From Candidatus Falkowbacteria bacterium (GTDB taxonomy: Bacteria; Patescibacteriota; Patescibacteriia; CAIXNZ01): a stretch of DNA of 64,000 bases. The position numbers and the translations under genes are program-made. Of this stretch, positions 1 through 9,009 are shown piece by piece. The stretch is from positions 23,866 through 87,865 of the forward strand of contig JAFGMD010000012.1 of the NCBI GenBank assembly GCA_016927685.1, written 5' to 3'. Position 1 is the first letter of the stretch. Every line of letters starts with the position of its first letter. The notes beneath the pieces were generated by a model. That model searched no databases and had not been told where the DNA came from. It was given only the letters and a program-made list of their open reading frames with translations.

Positions 1-1219
1 TTTTCTCATCCCAATCAGCATGTCTTTCTTTTGTTTCATTGGCTACTTTAATCATAGCCGCATCGCGCACCTCTTCATAGGTCACTATATTGCCTGTTCT
101 TGAAGAAATAATGCCGCTTTTTAATTCCACAAATTCATAAGGCACGTGAATCATTTCTTTTTTAAAACCCATTAATTCTAAAATTTTAAATATCTGTTCC
201 AAATATTGCGATTGGCGCGTATCAACCAGATAAAGCGATTTATCAACTTTATATTTTTTAAATTTCTTAATAGCCAAAGGAATATCTTTTAAGCCATAAA
301 GCGAGGTACCATCAGCGCGCAATAAAACCAAAACGCCTAATTTATATTTTTCTAAATCAGCAATAATCGCTCCCTCGCTTTCCTTAATAAAATCCAGCTT
401 CATAAGTTCTGGCAGCATTTTTTTGCCATCCTTTTCTTCCACGCTTTCAAAAAAATCAATATTAAATTTAATATCTAATTCATCATAAATTTTATTAAAG
501 GCATCCAGGCTCCATTTTCTGGTTTGTTGCCACAAAAACATTAAATCCTTATCTTTGCCCTCTTCTAATCTTTTTAAAATATCCTGAACCTGAGCTTGCA
601 ATTCTGGATTGCCGTTTAATTCTTCAACTGCACGCACATAAGCTTGCCCTAAAAATTCGCCTTTATCCGGACCAATATCGGTTTCATTAACATAATTCAT
701 CATATACCACAAAACCTTGGCCACATGCGCGCCTATATCACCCAAATAATTGGCGGCAATTACTTTATAGCCGCAAGCGCGATACAAATTCACCAAAGCT
801 GAACCAATCGCAACATTCCTGACATGACCGATATGGAATTCTTTATGCGTGTTGGGCTGGGAATATTCAATCATTACTTTTATGCCTTTGCCATTAGAAT
901 TCACTCCATAATCCCCGCGCTCTTTTTTGATTTGCAAAAAAATCATTTCCGCCACTTTGCTGTAATCAAGCAAAAAGTTCAAATACGGCCCAATGTTTTT
1001 AATATTAATAATCAAATCGCTGGGCTTAATTTCTTTGGCCAAATCTTCAGCAATTTTTTCTGGCGCTTTTTTCAATTCTTTGGATAAAACAAAACAAGGC
1101 AAAGATAAATCGCCCATTTCTGCTTCTGGTGGCTCGCGTAAATCTTCGGCATTAATTTTAACGCCATGCTTTTTCAGCAACGCCACTATCTCGTTTTTTA
1201 TTTTAAGGTTGGTATCCAT
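1..1219 (-). CDS. argS: Arginine--tRNA ligase (5' part; runs off the window start)
   Basis: Manual translation from the ATG at 1219: MDTNLKIK...GDLSLPCF...GPYLNF...VMIEYSQPNTHKEFHIGHVRN...NYLGDIGAHVAK. These are the ArgRS N-domain and HIGH motifs. Absent from the ORF track because it is truncated. Confidence 0.95.
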   Translation of the reverse strand, partial: MDTNLKIKNEIVALLKKHGVKINAEDLREPPEAEMGDLSLPCFVLSKELKKAPEKIAEDLAKEIKPSDLIINIKNIGPYLNFLLDYSKVAEMIFLQIKKERGDYGVNSNGKGIKVMIEYSQPNTHKEFHIGHVRNVAIGSALVNLYRACGYKVIAANYLGDIGAHVAKVLWYMMNYVNETDIGPDKGEFLGQAYVRAVEELNGNPELQAQVQDILKRLEEGKDKDLMFLWQQTRKWSLDAFNKIYDELDIKFNIDFFESVEEKDGKKMLPELMKLDFIKESEGAIIADLEKYKLGVLVLLRADGTSLYGLKDIPLAIKKFKKYKVDKSLYLVDTRQSQYLEQIFKILELMGFKKEMIHVPYEFVELKSGIISSRTGNIVTYEEVRDAAMIKVANETKERHADWDEK

Positions 1220-1351
1220 TTTTTATATTAGTAATTGGTTGAGAGTTGAAGGTTAGGGGTTTGGATATTGGATATTAGATATTTGTGTTTATTACTAACA
1301 TCCAACATCTCTCAACTTAACTCCTCACACTCAGCCACTAACACCAAACTA

Positions 1352-2557
1352 TTAAACAACTATTACTTCAATAAAGAATCTTTTGCCTTTTTGTATTAAA
1401 TGTTCTCCGGAAGTTAAGTTGTAATTTATATCATTAATTACATTATCATCAATTTTCACACCACCTTGTTCAATCAATCTTTTGGCTTCAGAACGCGAAG
1501 TCACAAAATTAATTTCTACCAAAATATCTAAAATATTTTTATTGCTAACTTTTTTTATGGCAATTTCCTCCGGCTTTTCCTTTTGCGAAAAAACTTTAAT
1601 AAAATTTTCCGCAGCAAATTCCGCTTCTTTTTCGCCGCGATAAATTTTTACTATTTCAACGGCTAGTTTTATTTTGGCATCGCGCGGGTTTGCGCCTGAC
1701 TTCATTTCATTTATCATTTGATCAACCTTACTTATCGGCATGTCGGTGCAGGTCTCAAATCCAACTCCGATCATTTCATCTGTCCATGACATAACTTTAC
1801 CAAACATTTCTTGCCCACCATCAACCAAAGTAATCATATTGCCCTCTGTCTTGCCCATTTTCTTGCCGGTCGGGTCAGTTAAAAGTTTTAAAGTCAAAAC
1901 AAATTTTTCTTTGTTTTTTAATGTTTTCATTAAATCGCGGCCAGCCAACATATTAAATGTTTGATCAGAACCGCCAAGCTCCATATCCACATCCATGGCC
2001 ACGCAATCATAGCCCTGCATGAGAGGATACATAAATTCGCTCAAATAAATTGGCTTGCCTTCTTTTATTCTCTCCTGAAACATATCACGCTCCAAAAGTC
2101 GTTGCACTGTAAACTTTGCAGCAATATTAATCACATCGCTGAATTTAAGTTTTCTGTGCCATCTAGAATTAAACATTATTTTAGCCGCATTTTTACCGGA
2201 AAAATTCAAAATGCCTGAGGCCTGCTTTTTATAACCCTTTAAATTTTTCAAAACTTGCGCTCGTGTTAATTGAGCTCTGGTAGAAAGCTTGCCAGATGGA
2301 TCGCCGACCATACCAGTAAAATCACCGATTAAAAAAATCACTTCATGGCCTAATTTCTGAAACTGCGCCATTTTTCTGAGTTGATTGCCGTGGCCAATAT
2401 GCAAAACTGGTCCTGTCGGATCAAACCCGCAGTATAACCTAATTCTCTTGCCAGTCATTAAAACCTTTTTAAAAGTATCCTTGTCCGGATAAATATTTTC
2501 CACGCCCCGCGTTAAAATTTCATCAATTAATTTCTCGTCGGTTATAACTTTACTCAT
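1352..2557 (-). CDS. tyrS: Tyrosine--tRNA ligase
   Basis: GFDPTG..LHIGH, YPLMQGYD, LGGSDQ.FN, KMGKT, C-terminal S4-like domain (SRSEAKRLIEQGGVKID). Confidence 0.97.
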   Translation of the reverse strand: MSKVITDEKLIDEILTRGVENIYPDKDTFKKVLMTGKRIRLYCGFDPTGPVLHIGHGNQLRKMAQFQKLGHEVIFLIGDFTGMVGDPSGKLSTRAQLTRAQVLKNLKGYKKQASGILNFSGKNAAKIMFNSRWHRKLKFSDVINIAAKFTVQRLLERDMFQERIKEGKPIYLSEFMYPLMQGYDCVAMDVDMELGGSDQTFNMLAGRDLMKTLKNKEKFVLTLKLLTDPTGKKMGKTEGNMITLVDGGQEMFGKVMSWTDEMIGVGFETCTDMPISKVDQMINEMKSGANPRDAKIKLAVEIVKIYRGEKEAEFAAENFIKVFSQKEKPEEIAIKKVSNKNILDILVEINFVTSRSEAKRLIEQGGVKIDDNVINDINYNLTSGEHLIQKGKRFFIEVIVV

Positions 2558-2624
2558 AAAATAATGATTATTTTTTATATTCTAAATTTATCATAAATTA
2601 TTAGATTTTTCAATTGCCTTAAAT

Positions 2625-2651
2625 AAAAAAGCGACCTAATTACTAGGCCGC
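2625..2651 (-). terminator. Intrinsic terminator after the 52-aa Cys microprotein
   Basis: Minus strand GCGGCCTA-loop-TAGGTCGC followed by T6. Confidence 0.7.
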
Positions 2652-2654
2652 TTA

Positions 2655-2813
2655 TTAATCCGTTGGAATTACCAATCTCTGATTTTCTTTCAACTTCTTT
2701 TTAGCCCTTTCCTTGCAATCTTTAAGATAAATACAATTAGAACATGGAATTGTAGTTAGAGGACATTTAATTAATGAGCGAAGCAAAACCGGTTCTTTGT
2801 TTTCCTGTTCCAT
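2655..2813 (-). CDS. 52-aa microprotein with CX6CX2CX5C motif (not in ORF track)
   Basis: MEQENKEPVLLRSLIKCPLTTIPCSNCIYLKDCKERAKKKLKENQRLVIPTD*. It has an AAGGAGG SD, a TTGCCA-N17-TAATTT promoter upstream and a terminator downstream. Confidence 0.75.
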   Translation of the reverse strand: MEQENKEPVLLRSLIKCPLTTIPCSNCIYLKDCKERAKKKLKENQRLVIPTD

Positions 2814-2891
2814 TAACCCTCCTTTTCAGATAAATTAGCATATCATTAAAAAAATGGCAATAAAAAAGCGGCCCGACCTCTGTCAGACCGC

Positions 2892-3527
2892 TTAGATCAG
2901 CTTGGCGCTTATAGGTATTATTTTTCGGCCTCGAAAATCAAAAATAAAAAGATTGCCTTTGTCAAAAAAAACCAAAACAAATTTCTTTTTATGTTTGACG
3001 CTTAGATTGATAAAGTGGCCGCCTATTTTAAAAACACCCCGCCTTGAGGTTTTTTTTACGGCCATGCCAACCGCCACTTTAAATTTTGTGGCATTCAGGT
3101 CAGCGCAATAAAGCAAGTCTTCCAGTAAAAAAATTTTTTGGTGCTCCTGAAAATTTTTCCCCCAGGAAATAATCAGCTTTTTTATCTGCAAATCAATTCT
3201 AAAAAAATCTTCGCCCCTTTTGCTGCGCTCCGTAATATAATACAGCTTTTTGAAAAATCTAGCGCTGTATTCATATATAATACGCTCATGCTCATGTTTG
3301 ATTTGCGGATTTAAACGCAAAAAATATCTAATTTTTAAAAGAACCATATTATGTTTGGGCATTTTGCGTGTGGTAAAAAGCTCTTCCAAAATCAAATTAA
3401 TAGCGCTTAGACCAATGTTAGGAATCCCCATAAAATACTCAATATTCCTTTCATAAAAATTTTCTAATCTCACTAAACGATTTCGCGCAGTTCCCCTAAA
3501 AAGACCCCTGCCAATTCCTCTTTTCAT
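2892..3527 (-). CDS. Hypothetical basic protein (orphan cassette)
   Basis: 211-aa ORF with AAGGAGG SD, TTGACA promoter at about 3551-3578 and hairpin terminator 2862-2892. No recognisable family. Confidence 0.7.
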   Translation of the reverse strand: MKRGIGRGLFRGTARNRLVRLENFYERNIEYFMGIPNIGLSAINLILEELFTTRKMPKHNMVLLKIRYFLRLNPQIKHEHERIIYEYSARFFKKLYYITERSKRGEDFFRIDLQIKKLIISWGKNFQEHQKIFLLEDLLYCADLNATKFKVAVGMAVKKTSRRGVFKIGGHFINLSVKHKKKFVLVFFDKGNLFIFDFRGRKIIPISAKLI

Positions 3528-3608
3528 TTTTCCCTCCTTTTTATTATCTCACCTTATCACAAAATTATTTTTTGTCAATCAGCTCTTACTAAGCTTCGGC
3601 TGGTAAAT

Positions 3609-3635
3609 AAAAAAGCGGCTTGTCGCCGCTTTTTT
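3609..3635. terminator. valS terminator (symmetric hairpin)
   Basis: AAAAAAGCGGC-TTGTC-GCCGCTTTTTT. Confidence 0.8.
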
Positions 3636-3639
3636 AAGT

Positions 3640-6345
3640 TTATTTCAAACTCTTTAATTGCTCTTCCAGCTTTTCCATTTTCTCTTTCTGTTCTTTTAAT
3701 TTAAATTCCTCTTTTTCCACCACTTCTTTAGGCGCTTTTTCTACAAAATCTTTATTTTTCAATTTTTGTTCTAATGACTTTATAAAACCAGAAACACTTT
3801 TTATTTCAGAATTAATTCTTTCTTTTTCTTTTTTAATATCAACTAAACCTTCTAAGTGCAAACAAATTTCTCCCACACCTTCCAGAACATGTGAAACAGA
3901 ATTTTTAGGTTTGGATTTTTCAATTTCCAATTTATCCAATCGCGCTAAAAATATTATTACCTCTTTAACTTCCTCAAATCTTATTTTATCTAAATTTTTT
4001 CCAATTATAGATACTGAGACCTTTTTAGCGGGGTCCACTTTAAAGTCAGCGCGCAAATTTCTGATGGTCATCATAATCTCTTCAAATTTCCAAAATGGAT
4101 ATAAAATTTCTTTTTCAATTTTTTCTTTTTGTTCAGATTCTTTGCTTATTGGCCAGGATTGAACCATTAATAGATCTTTACAGCCAAAATTTGCCCAAAT
4201 TTCTTCAGTCACAAAAGGAATAAACGGATGCCACAAGATTAAAAGTTTGCCTAATATGTAAAGTAAAATATTTTCAGTATTTTCTACCAATTTGCTATTT
4301 GCCCTTTGCAATTTGCTAATCTCCAAATACCAATCAGCCAAATCAGACCAGGTAAAATTACGCAAAGCATCAGAAGCGCCAGAAAAATTAAAATTTTCTA
4401 AATCTAAAGTGATTTCTGCAGTAACTTGTTCCAGTCGAGCCAAAATCCACTCGTCAGCTAAAGTTTTTGGTCCTGGCTTTTCCTCAACTAATTTTATTTC
4501 TGAAACCGAACTTAAAATGTAGCGCGAGATATTCCAAAGTTTGTTAACAAAATTTCTAGCGCCTTCAACCTTTTCATCATATAATCTCATATCCATGCCT
4601 GCAGCCGTGCCCGAAATCATGGCTACGCGTAAAGCATCAGTGCCAAATTTTTCAATCAAATCAAGCGGATCAACAACATTGCCTAGTGACTTAGACATCT
4701 TTCTACCCTTTTCATCGCGAACTAAACCATGCAAATAAACTGTTTTAAAAGGAATGTCGCCAAGTATAAAAGTCGTTTGAATAATCATTCTGGCTATCCA
4801 GAAAAATAAAATGTCATAACCTGTTTCCATGACTGAAGTCGGATGAAATTGCATATCAGGTGAATTTTTCAGCCACTCCTCCCAAGTTTTATATTTTTTA
4901 TAATTTTTATCCAGCAAGGTTGAAAAGGTCCAAAGTCCAGAAGAAAACCAAGTATCTAATGTATCACCATCTTGAACCCAATCGCCTTTTGGCGCTTCTA
5001 GACCAACAAAAATTTCCTCATTTTTTTTACCTTTATCTTTATACCAAACAGGAATCGGATGCCCAAACCAAATCTGGCGCGAAATGCACCAATCGCGTAA
5101 ATTTTCCAGCCATTGATAATAAGTTTTTTCAAAACGCTCGGGAATGATTTTAATATCGCGCTCTTTTACTACTTGCAACGCAACTTCGCGAATTGTTTTA
5201 TTTTGAAAATATTTATTGCCAGCCAAAGTAACTTTTTTATTAACGCGCACAAACCATTGCAACGAGGGCAATGGTTCAATGGCCGAATCGCAACGGTAAC
5301 AAATGCTTAAATTCTGTTTTGTGTCTTCAATTTTTTCCATTAAGCCTTCTTTTTCCAACCACTTAACAAATTTATCTCTGGCTTCTTCAACCGTTAAGTC
5401 CTGATAATTTTTACCAGCTTCTTTGGTCATTTTGCCGTCCTCACCGATAACTTTAATTAATGGCAAATTATTTTTCTGGGCAATTTCATAATCAATAATA
5501 GAATGAGCTGGCGTCACGCCCAAAGCGCCTGTACCAAAATTCGGATCAACTGAATCTTCAGTGACGATTTTAATCTCTTGTTTGCCATGTCCCAAATCCA
5601 CAGTATAAGTTTTGCCAATATACTTTTTATATCTCTTGTCTTTAGGATTAACTGCCACAGCAGTGTCGCCTAATTTTGTTTCTGGTCGAGTTGTGGCAAT
5701 GGCAAAAGGAAAATCTTTTGAGTATTTAAAAGTATAGAGCTTGGCATTCACTTCTTTATATTCAACCTCATCGTCAGACAAAGTGGAATTACAACGTGGA
5801 CACCAGTTAACAATCCTATAATCTCGCTCAATTAGGCCTGCGTCATACATTTTAATAAAAGTGTATTTCACCACCTGCGTCAAGCCTTCATCAAGAGTAT
5901 ACCTTTCACGCGACCAATCACAGGATGAACCCATTTTGCGGACTTGCTGATTAATTGTTTTTTTTGATTCTTCGGCAAACTCTCTCACTTTTTGTAAAAA
6001 TTTTTCTTTGCCTAAATCATGGCGCGTCTTTTTCTCTTCTTTATAAAGGATGCTTTCAACTTTAGTTTGTGTAGCAATAGCCGCATGATCAGTGCCGGGT
6101 AACCACAAGGTTTTTTTACCCAATAAACGATTAAAGCGCACCATTAAATCCTGATAAGCCAACATGGTAGCATGACCTGTATGCAAAGTACCGGTGCGGT
6201 TTGGTGGTGGCATGGAAATGGAAAAATAATCACCATTTTTGGGCAATTTTAAGTTATCAGGGTTAAAATAACCCGACTCTTCCCACTTATGGTAAATTTT
6301 ATCTTCCACATCTTTAGGATTGTACGCTTTGGGAATTTCTTTCAT
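3640..6345 (-). CDS. valS: Valine--tRNA ligase
   Basis: PPPN.TG.LHTGH, PGTDHAAIATQ, DWCISRQIWFGH, LDTWFSS, KMSKS, C-terminal coiled coil. Confidence 0.98.
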   Translation of the reverse strand: MKEIPKAYNPKDVEDKIYHKWEESGYFNPDNLKLPKNGDYFSISMPPPNRTGTLHTGHATMLAYQDLMVRFNRLLGKKTLWLPGTDHAAIATQTKVESILYKEEKKTRHDLGKEKFLQKVREFAEESKKTINQQVRKMGSSCDWSRERYTLDEGLTQVVKYTFIKMYDAGLIERDYRIVNWCPRCNSTLSDDEVEYKEVNAKLYTFKYSKDFPFAIATTRPETKLGDTAVAVNPKDKRYKKYIGKTYTVDLGHGKQEIKIVTEDSVDPNFGTGALGVTPAHSIIDYEIAQKNNLPLIKVIGEDGKMTKEAGKNYQDLTVEEARDKFVKWLEKEGLMEKIEDTKQNLSICYRCDSAIEPLPSLQWFVRVNKKVTLAGNKYFQNKTIREVALQVVKERDIKIIPERFEKTYYQWLENLRDWCISRQIWFGHPIPVWYKDKGKKNEEIFVGLEAPKGDWVQDGDTLDTWFSSGLWTFSTLLDKNYKKYKTWEEWLKNSPDMQFHPTSVMETGYDILFFWIARMIIQTTFILGDIPFKTVYLHGLVRDEKGRKMSKSLGNVVDPLDLIEKFGTDALRVAMISGTAAGMDMRLYDEKVEGARNFVNKLWNISRYILSSVSEIKLVEEKPGPKTLADEWILARLEQVTAEITLDLENFNFSGASDALRNFTWSDLADWYLEISKLQRANSKLVENTENILLYILGKLLILWHPFIPFVTEEIWANFGCKDLLMVQSWPISKESEQKEKIEKEILYPFWKFEEIMMTIRNLRADFKVDPAKKVSVSIIGKNLDKIRFEEVKEVIIFLARLDKLEIEKSKPKNSVSHVLEGVGEICLHLEGLVDIKKEKERINSEIKSVSGFIKSLEQKLKNKDFVEKAPKEVVEKEEFKLKEQKEKMEKLEEQLKSLK

Positions 6346-6470
6346 CTAATTATAGGATTTATAGGAGCTATATGAGCTATAGGATGAACAGGAACTATAG
6401 GTTGAAAGAAAAACATCTCTGCCTATAGACTTTTAGCTCTTCTTATCCTTTAGCTCTTTTAGCTCTTATT
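6346..6470 (-). repeat. Degenerate 9-nt periodic repeats in the valS leader
   Basis: Minus strand AGAGCTAAA-type units, then CCTATAGTT/CCTGTTCAT/CCTATAGCT/CATATAGCT/CCTATAAAT/CCTATAATT directly before the ATG. Confidence 0.7.
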
Positions 6471-6643
6471 TATTTAAAGTTATATAAAAATTTTACCAAA
6501 ATTAGCGGTTCTTGACAAGAATAACAATATAAGGTAAAAATATATTTCCTGCCTGTTGACAAGAATATGTTATAAAGATATACTTAAATATTCTGACAAA
6601 AAACAATTTAGGATTTAGAATTTAGTATTTAGAATTTATTATC

Positions 6644-7777
6644 ATGGGGCTGACGCAAAATCAACAAATTTTTGAATTACTGAAAAAGAGTTCTCGGACT
6701 CTAATTTTGTTTCGCAAAAATTTTTCGGGCGACGCAGTATCATCTGCCTTAGCTTTATTTTTAATTTTAAAAAAAATGAATAAAAAGGCCGATATTATCT
6801 GCGAAAATTTCAATATTCCTCAAAGCTATGCATTTTTGCCTTATATTAAGGAAGTTAAATCAAATTTAGGTGGCTTAAAAAAGTTCATAATCAATCTGAA
6901 CTTAAGCGATACTAAACTTAAAGATTTTTCTTATGATATAAGGGGTAATAATTTGAATATCTATCTTACTCCAGAAGGCGGCTCTTTGGCTGAAAAGAAT
7001 ATCAGCTTCAAGTCAGGTAATTTCAAATATGATTTAATAATCACCTTAGACACCGATGATTTGGAATCTTTGGGTGAACTTTATGAAAAAAATACAGAAT
7101 TTTTCTTTAATACTCCGATGATAAATATTGACAGTAATCCGGAAAATGAACAGTATGGACAAATCAACTTGGTAGAATTGACCAAAACCTCAACTGCAGA
7201 AATTATTTTTAATTTAATAGAAGGATATGACATTAATTTAATGGATCAGGAAATTGCTACTTGTCTTTTGACTGGCATGATTTCCAAGACAAAAAGTTTC
7301 AGAACCCACAATATAACGCCGAGAACGCTTAATATTGCTAGTCAACTAATTTTAAATGGAGCGGAGCGCGATTTAATTATTCAAAATCTTTATCGCACCA
7401 AATCAATAAATACTTTAAAGCTCTGGGGCAAAGTTTTGACCAGATTAAAACTCGACCCACAATATAAAATCGCCTGGTCATATTTACAACAAAAAGATTT
7501 TTTGGAATTAAATGTCCAGAATCCTAATTTAAGCGAAGTCATAGAAGAACTTATCACTTCAGCGCCGGAAGCAGAAATTATTGTTTTATTTTACGAGAAT
7601 AAACACAACAGTATTTCCGGCGTTATATATACATCTAAAAATTACGACTCACTTTATCTGATAAAAAATTATGAACCATTTGGCAGTAAAACCCTGGCAG
7701 AATTTGAAGTTAATAAATCAGAACTGGTTGAAGCGCTCAGAGAAGTCATTGAAAATATAAAAAATAGTATTAAATAA
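6644..7777 (+). CDS. DHH/DHHA1 (NrnA-like) phosphoesterase homolog with degenerate motifs
   Basis: Fold motifs GDAVSSALAL, DLIITLD, YGQINLV, STAEII, IATCLLTGMISKT.SF. The DHH position reads INIDSN. Confidence 0.8.
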   Translation: MGLTQNQQIFELLKKSSRTLILFRKNFSGDAVSSALALFLILKKMNKKADIICENFNIPQSYAFLPYIKEVKSNLGGLKKFIINLNLSDTKLKDFSYDIRGNNLNIYLTPEGGSLAEKNISFKSGNFKYDLIITLDTDDLESLGELYEKNTEFFFNTPMINIDSNPENEQYGQINLVELTKTSTAEIIFNLIEGYDINLMDQEIATCLLTGMISKTKSFRTHNITPRTLNIASQLILNGAERDLIIQNLYRTKSINTLKLWGKVLTRLKLDPQYKIAWSYLQQKDFLELNVQNPNLSEVIEELITSAPEAEIIVLFYENKHNSISGVIYTSKNYDSLYLIKNYEPFGSKTLAEFEVNKSELVEALREVIENIKNSIK

Positions 7778-7809
7778 AAATCACCTCGGCTTCAGTCGGG
7801 TGATTTTTT
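7776..7809. terminator. Bidirectional terminator
   Basis: AAAAATCACC...GGTGATTTTTT between convergent genes. Confidence 0.75.
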
Positions 7810-7821
7810 ATTATTCAAATT

Positions 7822-8487
7822 TTATTTTTTTGATGCAAAGATATAATCCTGTATATCTTGCTTGGTCATTGAATCTTTATCATTTATATTTAATAAATCT
7901 TTAGCTCTGGGAAATTCAAAGTTAATTCCTTTCCCCTTTTTTGATTCATTAGCAATCATGGCTTTTACTTCCCCTGCTTTTTTATCAAAGAAAAAATCAA
8001 CAATCACGCCTTCCATTTGCAGATTACCAGCTCCGCCCGTTCTATCTTCTTGATAGGCTGGCAATTTCGCTCGTTGTTCATCATGTATCTGAAAATCAAC
8101 AATATCGCCCGGCTCATATAATTTGCCATTTTTCTTATCCCAATAAAAAGATAAATTTTCCGGATATATTACCCATGGCTCTTCACCTTGTAACCTAACA
8201 ATTGGCCCTGTAAATTTGCCTTTTTCAGATTCTGTTTTAATAACAATGATTTCTCCGTCAGCGCTTGCCCATTCTACCTTGCCCTTAACCATTCCAGCGC
8301 TTGTTTTTTCATCGCCTGGAAATAAATATTCAATCGTATCGCCTCTTTTAATATTTTCTCTTTTAGAAAGCATCTGCTCAAAATATTTACCTAAGCGCTC
8401 CAAAGCATCACCTTTTGTGTCCATTTCAGTTTCTCGTTTAGATTCAGGTGCTTTTTCTGTGCCTAATTTTAATTTTGGTTCTGGCAT
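7822..8487 (-). CDS. Hypothetical protein
   Basis: 221-aa ORF with a charged N-terminus and a TTGACT-N17-TAAAAT promoter upstream. No SD. Confidence 0.75.
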   Translation of the reverse strand: MPEPKLKLGTEKAPESKRETEMDTKGDALERLGKYFEQMLSKRENIKRGDTIEYLFPGDEKTSAGMVKGKVEWASADGEIIVIKTESEKGKFTGPIVRLQGEEPWVIYPENLSFYWDKKNGKLYEPGDIVDFQIHDEQRAKLPAYQEDRTGGAGNLQMEGVIVDFFFDKKAGEVKAMIANESKKGKGINFEFPRAKDLLNINDKDSMTKQDIQDYIFASKK

Positions 8488-8619
8488 AAATGCAAAATTT
8501 TAAAAAATTATACTTTAATTTTAGCAAATTTAAGCAAAAAAGTCAAGATTATTAAGAAACGTCACTCTTGAAAAAAAATTCATTTTAATGTAATATTTAT
8601 ATTAATTATGATAAGACCA

Positions 8620-8693
8620 GGGCGTGTAGCTCAGTCGGTTAGAGCGCTACCCTTATAAGGTAGATGTCGATGGTTCGAGTCCATCCACGCCCA
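8620..8693 (+). tRNA. tRNA-Ile(UAU)
   Basis: Acceptor GGGCGTG/CACGCCC, A73; anticodon arm CTACC-CTTATAA-GGTAG (TAT at 8654-8656); T-loop TTCGAGT; CCA not encoded. Confidence 0.92.
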
Positions 8694-8816
8694 CCTACGC
8701 TCGTCGTAGCCTTGGCAAAGGCGAGCAAATTTAAAATATGATTTTGGCGAGCTTCGGTGGGCTTAGGCCCACATTCAATTGAATATTCCCAGAATTCTGA
8801 TAAAATATTTTTGCTA

Positions 8817-8890
8817 GGGCAATTAGCTCAGCTGGTTAGAGCGCATCGTTGACGTCGATGAGGTCAGTGGTTCGATCCCACTATTGCCCA
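8817..8890 (+). tRNA. tRNA-Val(GAC)
   Basis: Acceptor GGGCAAT/ATTGCCC, A73; anticodon arm CATCG-TTGACGT-CGATG; T-loop TTCGATC; CCA not encoded. Confidence 0.95.
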
Positions 8891-8897
8891 CCCTAAA

Positions 8898-8952
8898 CAG
8901 AGGTTCGCTTGCCCGCCAAAGCGCAGCGACGGCGGGACTCCTCTGTTGCCCA
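8898..8952 (+). pseudogene. Displaced tRNA 3' half (Val-like) with a 29-nt hairpin inserted in the T-loop
   Basis: Removing 8908-8936 gives C-AGAGG-TTCGACT-CCTCT-GTTGCCC-A. The adjacent tRNA-Val reads C-AGTGG-TTCGATC-CCACT-ATTGCCC-A. Confidence 0.65.
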
Positions 8953-9009
8953 CAAATGGTCTTGTCAGTCAGGACCTTTTTTATTTAAAATGATATTATT
9001 AATTCAGAT

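Noticed and set aside
824-1256. + strand ORFs 824-1087 and 993-1256
   Set aside because: Antisense to argS, which the ORF track omitted because it is truncated.
1220-6640. T-box riboswitches upstream of the synthetase genes
   Set aside because: No T-box GGTGG.ACC antiterminator consensus was seen; leaders are short or made of periodic repeats.
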